From: Methanoregula sp. UBA276
GTDB lineage: Archaea > Halobacteriota > Methanomicrobia > Methanomicrobiales > Methanospirillaceae
NCBI GenBank assembly: GCA_002508495.1
Contig: DANA01000116.1
Coordinates: forward strand, 1 to 44,696
Reading direction: 5' to 3'
Length of the DNA: 44,696 nucleotides
This document shows, piece by piece, positions 29,221 to 38,605 of the stretch. A program made the position numbers and the translations under genes. Within the stretch, counting starts at the first letter, position 1; each line of letters starts with the position of its first letter. The notes below the pieces were generated by a model that worked only from the letters and a program-made list of their open reading frames with translations, searched no databases and was not told the DNA's origin.

Positions 29221-29937
29221 CTACGACGGGGAACGGTCATCCCCCCCTGGTAATGCATTCCCGTGAGCCCCTGCGGCGGGCCCGGTGGGGGGATGTGCCC
29301 CGGGCTCCGCCTCTTTTGCCCGTCTCATCTCCGCAGCCCGGTGCCGGAGGTACCGGATCGGTGCCGGCTCGCGAACGATGCCGGCAGTCGGGGCCGGCGT
29401 TCCGGGCGCTGGCGATGGTGTGCCGGTTGTCGCAGCCGGTACCATGCCGGGTGCCGGGCCGTTTTCACCAGCGGTCAGCGGTTCTTCCGGGACAGCAGCT
29501 GTCGGTTGCATGGGAAGCCCGGTCTTCTTCCGTGACTTCCTCCACCGCGGCCGCTTCTTACCGGCCAGTGCTCCCTTGACCAGCGGTGCCCGCAAACTTC
29601 CCAGCATGTCGAGCTCGGTAATTGTTGCACTTTCAATCCGGAAGAACCGCATCGTACCCCAAGGTGCCCAGAGCCAGAGCTCGCGGGAGAAGCCGGGGGG
29701 AAGGACTGCCGCATTCATCCGGTCGATTGTGTCGGCATAGTCTCTTGCGATCCCGGCAAGGGAACCGTGGATCCGCAGCGCCCGCTCGACCCGGATGGCA
29801 GCCGGCCCGGCCGGCCCGGGAGTCATGAAATCGAAGCAGCTGCCGGTCCTCTGCTCGAAGAACATCACTTCGCCCCGGCGGTGTGCGACCGGCATCGCGG
29901 CGTCAAGCGCCCGGGCTGACCGCGGCCCCCGTCTCAG
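29221..29937 (-). CDS. Hypothetical protein, possible degenerate restriction-endonuclease-fold domain plus disordered Pro/Ala tail
   Basis: Globular N-half (CFDF...IRVER...SRELWLW..WGTMRFFRI); GGAGGTG RBS 4 nt before CTG 29937; alternative ATG 29895. Confidence 0.6.
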   Translation of the reverse strand: MRRGPRSARALDAAMPVAHRRGEVMFFEQRTGSCFDFMTPGPAGPAAIRVERALRIHGSLAGIARDYADTIDRMNAAVLPPGFSRELWLWAPWGTMRFFRIESATITELDMLGSLRAPLVKGALAGKKRPRWRKSRKKTGLPMQPTAAVPEEPLTAGENGPAPGMVPAATTGTPSPAPGTPAPTAGIVREPAPIRYLRHRAAEMRRAKEAEPGAHPPTGPAAGAHGNALPGGDDRSPS

Positions 29938-30451
29938 GAAGCACCTCCGGCGGTCATGGGTATACCCGATCCCCGGTGCCGGTCTTCCGGTTGTCGTTTC
30001 ACCAAAGGATGGGCATGTTCGTTCCCTGACATCGCGCGGGAGTTTCCGGTCATGCCCCCGCGGCTGCAATGGAGGATTGTCCGGTTTCTTGTACCAGAAT
30101 TTTCATTCCTTCCGACAGTCATCAGGTTTATTTCCAGCAAGCAGGACTGCGGATGTAAAACGATCCGCTCCGCTCCATGCGGGTGCCGTCCGGCCGCAAT
30201 GATCTTCATGTCCAGGGGATTGCAGATATCGCAAAACATGGTGATTAATCGATCAAGGAGATGGCCAATTAAATACTAATTGGTGGCTGTTTACGACGGA
30301 GAATCGACGGATATTGAAATTAATATTTTCCCTGCATATTTGACAAGATCTTAATATTGCGCGCGCAATGATATGATGTAAATCATGAATCCGGTCTCCG
30401 CAATTCTTTTTGCCGGGCGGACACAACCATTCATCCAGGTACTGACCGCTC

Positions 30452-31135
30452 ATGGCTCTCCTCCCTTTTAAAAACCGGCAGGCAGTCCCGCTGGGAAACC
30501 CGGCTGACCGGATCCGGCAGGAATGCGCGGATCTGATGGCGGCACCAACGCGCGGAACGCTTGGTGAAAAGATTGCCCTCCTCGTCCTCGCCCATTCCCC
30601 CGTTGATATCCAGCAGATGAAACGGAATTTCGAGACCAAAGTCAGGGATCTTGATCCTGAATACCGCGAGAGGTTGACGAAGAAGATAGCCGAACACCTG
30701 CTCGGGACATACCAGCGGATCCGGCTTGACAACCAGCAGGGTGTTTACAAGACCATGGTGCAGCCGGTTAGTGGGATGCAGAAAACCTACTGGACGATGG
30801 TTGCCGGCCAGTGCAGCAAAGGAGAAGGCGGGGATGCCCCCTCGATCCGGTTCCTCAAGTATCTCCTTGCCGGTTACTGCATGATCGTGCTCGACGAGCC
30901 CGGTCACCCGGTCGGCATGCCGTTTCCCGGAAACGATACCGTGCAGATCGTTGATGGCACCTGGTACTGCCCGGTCCGGGACAAGGCCGGGGACGTTGAC
31001 GCAGCGCTCTGCCCGTTCTGCCCGGCACTCCAGACCCCGGATATCGGGTACCTCCGTCCGCCCGTTGGCGGGAGCGAGCACCGGAAGCAGGAGTATATTG
31101 ACCATATGCACCAGCATCACCATTTCAACGGGTAG
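30452..31135 (+). CDS. DUF2115 (UPF0305) family methanogen protein
   Basis: EPGHPVGMPFPG, YCPVRDK, LCPFCPA motifs. Confidence 0.88.
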   Translation: MALLPFKNRQAVPLGNPADRIRQECADLMAAPTRGTLGEKIALLVLAHSPVDIQQMKRNFETKVRDLDPEYRERLTKKIAEHLLGTYQRIRLDNQQGVYKTMVQPVSGMQKTYWTMVAGQCSKGEGGDAPSIRFLKYLLAGYCMIVLDEPGHPVGMPFPGNDTVQIVDGTWYCPVRDKAGDVDAALCPFCPALQTPDIGYLRPPVGGSEHRKQEYIDHMHQHHHFNG

Positions 31136-31290
31136 GAAACAAAACCCGTTTTTTTTAAAAGGGCTTCTCTCGTTTCAGCCAGACACCCGCCACTGACCGA
31201 GATTTTATGTAATGCAATGCCCATGAGTTGTACGGGAAACTTTATAAAAAAAATAACAGACATCTCCCTTTAATTTACGGGGTCGTGACC

Positions 31291-33393
31291 ATGAATACTA
31301 CCCAGCTGCTGACAGACAATCCCACGCTCTATATCAACCGCGAACTGAGCTGGGTCCGGTTCAACCGCCATGTACTGGACGAGGCGCTCGATACCACCCA
31401 CCCGCTGCTCGAACGGGTCAAGTTCCTTGCCATCTTTGCCAACAACCTCGACGAGTTCTTCATGATCCGGGTCTCGGGTCTCCAGCGGCAGGTAGCAAAA
31501 GGGGTACTGAAAGTGCCGCCGGATGGCATGACCCCGGCAGAACAGCTCCAGGCCATCCACAGCATGCTGCTTCCTGACCTTGCGACCCAGAACGACTGCT
31601 GGCATAAAGAGCTCCTGCCGGCAATGGCAAAGGCCGGTATCCATTTTCACACGTATTCCGATCTCACCCCGCCACAGAAAGAGGCCATTGATACGTACTT
31701 CTCAAACGAGGTCTTCCCGGTCCTGACCCCGCTTGCTTTTGACAGCTCGCACCCGTTCCCGTTCATCTCCAACCTTTCCTTAAACCTTGCTATCATCGTC
31801 CGTGACCAGAACAAGAAAGAGTATTTTGCCCGGGTGAAGGTGCCCACCAACCTCTTTCCCCGGCTCGTGCGACTCCCGCTTCCCGATGGCAGGACCTGCC
31901 GGGACGACCGGGCGGTTCATCTCATCTTCTTAGAGGATATCATCGCTGCCCATGTCAGCATGCTCTTTCCCGGTCTTGAGGTTATTGCCACGTTCACGTT
32001 CCGGATAACACGGGACGCTGACCTGGAGATTGAGGTGGATGAGGCATCCGACCTGCTGACAACGGTCGAGGAGATCATGGAACAGCGTGCCCGCGGAAAA
32101 CCGGTGCGGATCGAGATCGACTGCTCCATGCATGACGGCATCTGCCACATGCTCGAGAAGAAACTCGGGGTAACGTCCGGCATGATCTACCGCGTCAGCC
32201 ACCCGGTCGGGATGGCCGATCTCATGCAGCTTATGGGCCTTGACCGTCCCGATCTCAAGGACGTCCCGTTCCAGCCATCCCTGCCGGCAGAACTCTCGGA
32301 GGGGCGGGACATTTTTGCCGCAATCCGCCACCACGACATCCTCCTCTATCACCCGTACGACAGTTTTACACCGGTGGTAAATTTTATCCGGCAGGCCGCC
32401 CAGGACCCGGACGTGCTTGCTATCAAGATCACGCTCTACCGGGTCGGCCCGAACTCGCCGATGGTGAACGCCCTCATGGAGGCGCGGGAGAACGGCAAGG
32501 CAGTTGCCGCACTCATCGAACTCAAGGCCCGCTTTGACGAGGAGAACAACATCGGGTGGGCACGGGCGCTGGAACGCGAAGGAGTTCACGTGGTCTACGG
32601 GGTAGTCGGCCTCAAGGTCCATGCCAAGCTCTGCATGGTCATACGGCGGGAAAAAGACGGGATCCGTCGCTATATGCATCTTGGAACCGGCAACTATAAC
32701 TCAACAACTGCCCGTATCTACACGGACTTCGCTCTTATGACCTGCGACCGGAAGATCGGCGAGGATGTTGCGCATCTCTTCAATTTCCTGACCGGGTACG
32801 CACGGATCGAATCGTATCACAAGCTCCTTGTCGCCCCGGTCACCATGCGCCAGAGGATCCTTTCCTTGATCGAGCGCGAAGTGACCCGTCACGCGGAACA
32901 CGGCCACGGGCACCTGATCTTCAAGATGAACGCACTGGTTGACCCGGAATGCATCACTGCCCTGTACAAGGCTTCCCAGTGCGGGGTTACGATCGACCTC
33001 CAGGTGCGGGGGATCTGCTGCCTCCGCCCGGGCGTTCCGGGATTCTCCGAGACCATAACCGTCACATCGATTGTTGGCCGGTTCCTCGAACATGCCCGTA
33101 TTTACTGCTTCAACAATGGCGGGAACCCGGAAGTCTATCTCGGGAGTGCCGACCTGATGCCCCGGAATCTCGACCGGAGGGTAGAGGTGCTCTTTCCGGT
33201 CGAGGATCCGTCAACCCGCGTGGCCATTGTCAGTGCGATACTGCCGGTGCAGCTTGGCGACACGATCAAGGTCCGTATCATGAACCCGGACGGGACGTAC
33301 TCCCGGGCCATTCCCGCTGAGACTCCCGAACCGGTAAATGCCCAGTCATGGCTGGTTGAACACCGGGGAAGCTGGCATGATGCAGTCCCCTGA
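31291..33393 (+). CDS. ppk1: Polyphosphate kinase 1
   Basis: YINRELSW..FN, NLDEFFMIRV, HPFPFISN, LKVHAK, GTGNYN, SADLMPRNLDRRVE. Confidence 0.97.
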   Translation: MNTTQLLTDNPTLYINRELSWVRFNRHVLDEALDTTHPLLERVKFLAIFANNLDEFFMIRVSGLQRQVAKGVLKVPPDGMTPAEQLQAIHSMLLPDLATQNDCWHKELLPAMAKAGIHFHTYSDLTPPQKEAIDTYFSNEVFPVLTPLAFDSSHPFPFISNLSLNLAIIVRDQNKKEYFARVKVPTNLFPRLVRLPLPDGRTCRDDRAVHLIFLEDIIAAHVSMLFPGLEVIATFTFRITRDADLEIEVDEASDLLTTVEEIMEQRARGKPVRIEIDCSMHDGICHMLEKKLGVTSGMIYRVSHPVGMADLMQLMGLDRPDLKDVPFQPSLPAELSEGRDIFAAIRHHDILLYHPYDSFTPVVNFIRQAAQDPDVLAIKITLYRVGPNSPMVNALMEARENGKAVAALIELKARFDEENNIGWARALEREGVHVVYGVVGLKVHAKLCMVIRREKDGIRRYMHLGTGNYNSTTARIYTDFALMTCDRKIGEDVAHLFNFLTGYARIESYHKLLVAPVTMRQRILSLIEREVTRHAEHGHGHLIFKMNALVDPECITALYKASQCGVTIDLQVRGICCLRPGVPGFSETITVTSIVGRFLEHARIYCFNNGGNPEVYLGSADLMPRNLDRRVEVLFPVEDPSTRVAIVSAILPVQLGDTIKVRIMNPDGTYSRAIPAETPEPVNAQSWLVEHRGSWHDAVP

Positions 33394-34990
33394 TCCGGTA
33401 CCCCCCATAACCGGCCTCTGCTGGTTCATGCTCCGGCGCCTGCCTTTGCTTTTGGATGCTTTTGAAAAAGAGATCGAAGGCGTGCGCACGGCAGAGGATA
33501 GCGAGTACATTCACCGGATGCGGGTGGCATCACGGCGGCTCCGGGCTGCACTTCCGCTCTTTTGCTCCTGCTTTCCCAAAAAGGCGTATAATCGCTGGAT
33601 GAACGAGATAACCACGATCACCCGGGCACTGGGCGAGGCCCGGGACACAGATGTGCAGATTGCATTTCTTGTTAAATACCAGAAACGAAGCCTTGCCGCA
33701 TGGAAGAAACGACCGGGCAGGGGGACAACGGAACCGCCGTCATCGTTGGCCGTGCGGTACCTTCTCGCAGACTTACGGAAACGCCGCGGGCGGCTCCAGG
33801 ACCATGTTCTTGTGGCACTCGATGCGCTCGAAAAGAGCAGGGTCCTTCCGGCTATGCGGGAAGAGTTGAGCCGTCTTACAGCCGGGTCCCGGAGAATTCC
33901 CCGGCAGGGACTGGCATACGGCATACCGGCGCTTGCCGCGTACCGGATCGAGGCACGGCTCGCGACCATGCTCTCCTTTGAACCGTGGGTGAGCCACAAA
34001 GAAGCCGTAGCAGAGCACCATGCTCTCCGGATCGCGACAAAAAAACTCCGCTACACCATGGAGACGTTTGGCCCGGTCTACCGGCTCGGGCTCAAAAAAC
34101 CACACGCACGGGTTAAAAAGATCCAGGAGATACTGGGGGATCTCCATGACTGCGATGTCTGGATCGACCACGTCACCCTCCTCCTCCTGAAGGAACGGAG
34201 CCGCTTCCGCCCCCTTGACGGGGAGAAAGGCCCGGACACTGCCACCATCGCGAGTCTCCGAATCTTTTTGCAGGAGCGGGAAAAGGAACGTGTCGTGATC
34301 CACCGGAGATTCATGCGTTACTGGGAATCCCTGTGCCGGGCCGGCCTGTGGGACGAGATCCGGCACACGCTCATTTTCGGGCGCAAAAAACTGTTCATCC
34401 CTGCAGGTTGTGGCACGGCTTCAGAGATCAGGGCTGCTGCAACCGCGCTGGCAGCCGATGTCCCGCCTGTCCTGCCGCATGTGCACCAGGTCACCCGTCT
34501 TGCGCTCATGTTCTTTGATGCCACCCTGCCGTTTCACCGCCTCACCTCCCGCGACCGGCTCCTGCTTGAAACGGCCGGCATGCTCCATGATCTTGGGTGG
34601 AAGGGGAGACGCAGGAACCATCATGGGCGGAGTGCCCGTGCCATCATCTCGTCCCAGCGCCTGCCGCTCGATTGCGAAGAGCGGGCAGTTGTTACTCTTG
34701 CCGCCTTTGCGCATAACGGCAGGGATGCGCCCCGGGACCACCCCTTCTTTGTACTCCTCTCACCCGAATTCCGGAAAAAAACCCTGCAGGTCACCGCGAT
34801 CCTCCGGGTAGCCAATGCTCTTGATGCCGGGCACCGGGGCACGGTCCACGAAGTGCATTGTATCATCGAGAACCATGCCATAACCTGCGATGTTGTATCG
34901 GTTGCCGATGCTGTGGCGGAGAAGGAGCAGGCACGGATTATGGCCGGGCTCTTTGCTGGTGCCTTCGGGCGGGAGCTCGTCATACGATGA
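33377..34990 (+). CDS. CHAD-domain protein fused to Ppx-type HD domain
   Basis: IHRMRVASRRLR, HALRIATKKLRY, QEILGDLHDCDV CHAD motifs; C-terminal AGMLHDLG...HH...LRVANALD. Confidence 0.9.
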   Translation: MMQSPDPVPPITGLCWFMLRRLPLLLDAFEKEIEGVRTAEDSEYIHRMRVASRRLRAALPLFCSCFPKKAYNRWMNEITTITRALGEARDTDVQIAFLVKYQKRSLAAWKKRPGRGTTEPPSSLAVRYLLADLRKRRGRLQDHVLVALDALEKSRVLPAMREELSRLTAGSRRIPRQGLAYGIPALAAYRIEARLATMLSFEPWVSHKEAVAEHHALRIATKKLRYTMETFGPVYRLGLKKPHARVKKIQEILGDLHDCDVWIDHVTLLLLKERSRFRPLDGEKGPDTATIASLRIFLQEREKERVVIHRRFMRYWESLCRAGLWDEIRHTLIFGRKKLFIPAGCGTASEIRAAATALAADVPPVLPHVHQVTRLALMFFDATLPFHRLTSRDRLLLETAGMLHDLGWKGRRRNHHGRSARAIISSQRLPLDCEERAVVTLAAFAHNGRDAPRDHPFFVLLSPEFRKKTLQVTAILRVANALDAGHRGTVHEVHCIIENHAITCDVVSVADAVAEKEQARIMAGLFAGAFGRELVIR

Positions 34991-36579
34991 TGCCCGTTTT
35001 GCCTGCGGAGTCCGGCCGGGTTGTTGCTTTTATCGACATCGGCACCAATTCCGTGCGCCTGTTGGTTGTCCGGCTCAACCCCAACCATTCCTACTCGGTC
35101 CTCACCCGCCAGAAACAGCAGGTCCGGCTGGGCGAAGGGGCGTTTGAGGACGAGGATCTCAGGAGTGCCGCTGTCGAACGTCTTGTTCTTGTCTGCAAAA
35201 AATTCTCTGAACTGGCGCTGTCGTTTGGCACTGAAGAGTTCGTTGCAGTTGCCACGTCCGCGATGCGGGAAGCGGCAAACCGGCACGAAGTCCTCCACCT
35301 CCTGCGGCAGGAATCCCACCTCGATGTCCGCATCATCTCGGGCCAGGAGGAGGCCCGGCTCATCTATCTCGGGGTTGCCAGTGGTATGCATACCGGGAAC
35401 CGGACAACATTCTTTATCGATATCGGGGGAGGCAGCACGGAAGTTGCGATTGGCGACAATGACGATTATCGCTATCTCCACAGTTTCCGGCTTGGCGCAA
35501 TCCGTCTTGCCGGCCTCTGCGGAACGGGAAAAATGGACGGGCCGGTCTCTGTGGCACATTACCGGAAGATCGCGGATTATGTGAAAAGTTCCATCCGCCG
35601 GTCTCTCGCCCGTCTAAAAAAGGAGAAGATTGACTGCGCTGTCGGGAGTTCCGGCACCATCATGAACCTTGCCGAGATTTCCCAGAAAACCCGGTCAGTG
35701 CGGGGAGAAGGAAAAGAACCCGTGCTGGAGTATACCGACCTGCAACGGGTGATCGGCCTCCTCTCGTCCCTCCCGCTCGAACAGCGCCGGAAAGTCCCCG
35801 GCATCAATCCCGAGCGGGCCGACATCATCATCCCCGGTGCGATCATCCTTGAGGTTTTTATGAAGGAACTGGGGCTCGGCTCTCTTGCGGTCACCAGTCG
35901 GGGTCTGCAGGACGGCCTGCTGGTCGATTACCTCTCACGCATGGACGCGTTTCCCCTCTTTGGCAAGCTCTCGCCCCGCGAGCGCAGTGTCCTCCAACTG
36001 GGCCGGTCCTGCGGGATCAACGAGGCCCATGCCCGGACCGTGACTGCTCTCGTCCTGGAACTCTTCGATTCAGCAGCAGGACTCCTGCTCCACCCGTACG
36101 GGGCAAAGGAGCGTGAACTTTTAGAGTATGCCACGTTCCTCCATGACATTGGGTCGTTCATCTCCTACACAAACCACCATTCGCACTCCTATTACATCAT
36201 CAGGAACTCGGAACTTCTCGGTTTTGACGACACCGAGATCGCCATCATGGCCATGATCGCCCGTTTCCACCGGAAAAAGGCTCCAAGGAAAAACGATCCC
36301 GGCATGGATGAACTGGGAACCCGGGAGCGGGAGGCGGTACGGGTTCTTGCCACGTTTGTCCGGTTCGGCGAGAGTCTTGACCGGAGCCACACGGCGCTCG
36401 TCCAGCATGTGCGGTTCAGTGCCGTTGACAAGGACGAAGTCCGTCTCGAGATCACTGCCCGGGGCGACTGCCAGCTCGAGATCTGGGGGATCGAGAGCGA
36501 GATGAAGGCGTTCGCGAAGGTCTTTTCCAAAAAACTGGTCATCGACATTGTCGATTCGCATGCCGGGCAACCGGAATGA
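34987..36579 (+). CDS. ppx: Ppx/GppA exopolyphosphatase with C-terminal HD domain
   Basis: IDIGTNS, ATSAMREA, ISGQEEA, DIGGGSTE, ERADII, FLHDIG; ATGA overlap with the upstream gene. Confidence 0.93.
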   Translation: MMPVLPAESGRVVAFIDIGTNSVRLLVVRLNPNHSYSVLTRQKQQVRLGEGAFEDEDLRSAAVERLVLVCKKFSELALSFGTEEFVAVATSAMREAANRHEVLHLLRQESHLDVRIISGQEEARLIYLGVASGMHTGNRTTFFIDIGGGSTEVAIGDNDDYRYLHSFRLGAIRLAGLCGTGKMDGPVSVAHYRKIADYVKSSIRRSLARLKKEKIDCAVGSSGTIMNLAEISQKTRSVRGEGKEPVLEYTDLQRVIGLLSSLPLEQRRKVPGINPERADIIIPGAIILEVFMKELGLGSLAVTSRGLQDGLLVDYLSRMDAFPLFGKLSPRERSVLQLGRSCGINEAHARTVTALVLELFDSAAGLLLHPYGAKERELLEYATFLHDIGSFISYTNHHSHSYYIIRNSELLGFDDTEIAIMAMIARFHRKKAPRKNDPGMDELGTREREAVRVLATFVRFGESLDRSHTALVQHVRFSAVDKDEVRLEITARGDCQLEIWGIESEMKAFAKVFSKKLVIDIVDSHAGQPE

Positions 36580-36627
36580 CCAGCTTCTCAATACCGGCAA
36601 TCCCCGGTGCCGGAGGGATTTGAGAAG

Positions 36628-37156
36628 GGTTGCTCTGGAGAGGCGCACATGAACGGGCGTTCATACCAAACGAGGGAAATCAACCGGGTGCTGGCAAGAT
36701 ATGAGGGTTCCCCGCGGTCAGGGTCTCGGTACGGCACGGTGGGGCAAGGAGGTTTTTTTAAATACTTGGATAAGTGTAACCCGCATGAGAATTTCCCACG
36801 AAAAACACGAAATGCTCTGATCGTGAACGCTGATTCTACCATACTCTGATTATGATGAACTGCCGCCGCTCCCGTTTGGGCGCCCCGCGGCGGCTTCAAT
36901 TCGGTTTCGTACAAAAAAGGGAAAATTGTATTCCGGAAAATTGGTACCCCCTTCTCGCCAGCCCTGCCCCCAAACGGGCTCAACAGCGCATGCGATACCT
37001 CCGTATTTCCTGCACAGAACACGCAGACGAAATTTTTTTTCACACAACAGAAATAGAGACCGCCGCAATAGCGCCCAAACGGGAGCAGCGCGAAGCATCT
37101 TAAAGTGGGTATGGGGGCAGTTTGCCCCCATCATCACTTCAAATGATTTCTCCAAA
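36628..37156. repeat. Modular intergenic repeat, locus C (modules N, L inverted, R, L', M)
   Basis: 36792-36908 is rc of module L; 36933-37022 is module R forward; 37092-37156 is rc of 19394-19457; ATGAACG-GG-CGTTCAT at 36649-36664. Confidence 0.85.
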
Positions 37157-37261
37157 ACAAAAAGAGTGAGATTTTTCGGGTGTCAGCCCTTGTCACCGTG
37201 GTACGCGGAATCTGGGTTAATCCAGAATAATATCGATGACCAAAGGTAAAATGAAGGGTTC

Positions 37262-38605
37262 CTATTCGCCCCTGAGCATCCGGTCGATTGCCCGTGCGGC
37301 AGTCTTTGCTGCGCCCATGGCAAGGATAACGGTTGCCGCGCCGGTTGCAACATCGCCCCCGGCATAGACGTTCCGGAGGGAAGTTTTACCCGTCTCATCA
37401 ACAATCACGTTGCCGCGCCGGCCCCGTTCAAGCCCGGGCAGCTGGCCGACCAGTAACGGGTTCGGTCCCTGCCCGATTGCCGCGATAAAGACGTCGGCAT
37501 CGATGGTGAAATGGCTGCCTTCGATCTCTTTTGGTTCAGGCCGGCCGGAAGTGTCCAGCTCGCACATGGACATCTTCACGCACTCAACCCCGGTCATTGC
37601 TGTATCGCCGAGGATCCGGACCGGGTTTGTACACGTGATGAACTCAATGCCTTCTTCCTTTGCCCGTTCGATCTCTGCCATCCGGGCCGGGAGGTCTTCT
37701 TCGCGCCGGCGGTACACAAGGGTGACCTTTCCCCCGAGCCGGCGGGCTACCCGTGCCGCATCCATGGCTACATTGCCGCCCCCGGCCACAACAACGCGGC
37801 TCCCTTTCTTCACCGGTGTGTCGAAGGCCGGGAATTTGTCCGCCCGCATCAGGTTGACCCGGGTTAAAAATTCATTGGCCGAGTAGACGCCGGGCAGGTT
37901 CTCGCCGGGGAGGCCCATGAAATACGGGAGGCCGGCACCGGTGCCAAGGAAAACGGCATCGTAGCTGAGCAGGTCATCCACCGGAACGCTCCGGCCGACA
38001 AGGTGGTTGAGCTGCAGGTCAACGCCAAGTGCAAGAACCGCGTTGATCTCGGCCTTTACAATCTCTTTGGGAAGACGGAATTCCGGGATCCCGTACATCA
38101 GGACCCCGCCGGCGGCATGGAGCGATTCAAAGAGCGTGACAGCATAGCCCATACGGGCAAGTTCTGCCGATGCCGTGAGCCCGGCAGGGCCGGCACCGAC
38201 AACCGCCACCCGCCGCCCGGTTGCCGCGCTCTTCTCGGGCATAACCATGCCCCTCCTGCGCTCTTCATCGGCAACGAACCGTTCGAGTTCGCCAATCGCT
38301 ATTGGCTTCTCTTTTTTGCCAAGGATACACTCCCCTTCGCACTGCACTTCCTGCGGGCAGACGCGGCCACAGATGGCGGGGAGCATGTTGTCCTTTTTGA
38401 TGACCGCGGCAGCCTGTGCAAAGTCACCTGCCGCAACGTCGCGGAGGAATGCCGGAATATCGATCCCGACCGGACAACCCTTCACGCAGAGCGGTTTCTT
38501 GCACTGGAGGCAGCGTTCAGCCTCGGCCCGCGCTTCTTCAGCAGTGATCCCCGTATCGACCTCGGCAAAATCCTGGATGCGCTCGTCAACCGGGCGGTCA
38601 TGCAT
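37262..38605 (-). CDS. nfnB: GltD/SudA-like flavo-Fe-S oxidoreductase (NfnB-like; often annotated NADPH-dependent glutamate synthase gltA)
   Basis: RCLQC..P.C..GCP, CGRVCPQEVQCE, GAGPAG, YGIPEFRLPK, GGGNVAMD, GAATVILAMG. Confidence 0.85.
   Translation of the reverse strand: MHDRPVDERIQDFAEVDTGITAEEARAEAERCLQCKKPLCVKGCPVGIDIPAFLRDVAAGDFAQAAAVIKKDNMLPAICGRVCPQEVQCEGECILGKKEKPIAIGELERFVADEERRRGMVMPEKSAATGRRVAVVGAGPAGLTASAELARMGYAVTLFESLHAAGGVLMYGIPEFRLPKEIVKAEINAVLALGVDLQLNHLVGRSVPVDDLLSYDAVFLGTGAGLPYFMGLPGENLPGVYSANEFLTRVNLMRADKFPAFDTPVKKGSRVVVAGGGNVAMDAARVARRLGGKVTLVYRRREEDLPARMAEIERAKEEGIEFITCTNPVRILGDTAMTGVECVKMSMCELDTSGRPEPKEIEGSHFTIDADVFIAAIGQGPNPLLVGQLPGLERGRRGNVIVDETGKTSLRNVYAGGDVATGAATVILAMGAAKTAARAIDRMLRGE

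Noticed and set aside
26261-30400. Provirus or integrative element
   Set aside because: No integrase, transposase, tRNA or att-like direct repeats seen; called only an accessory block
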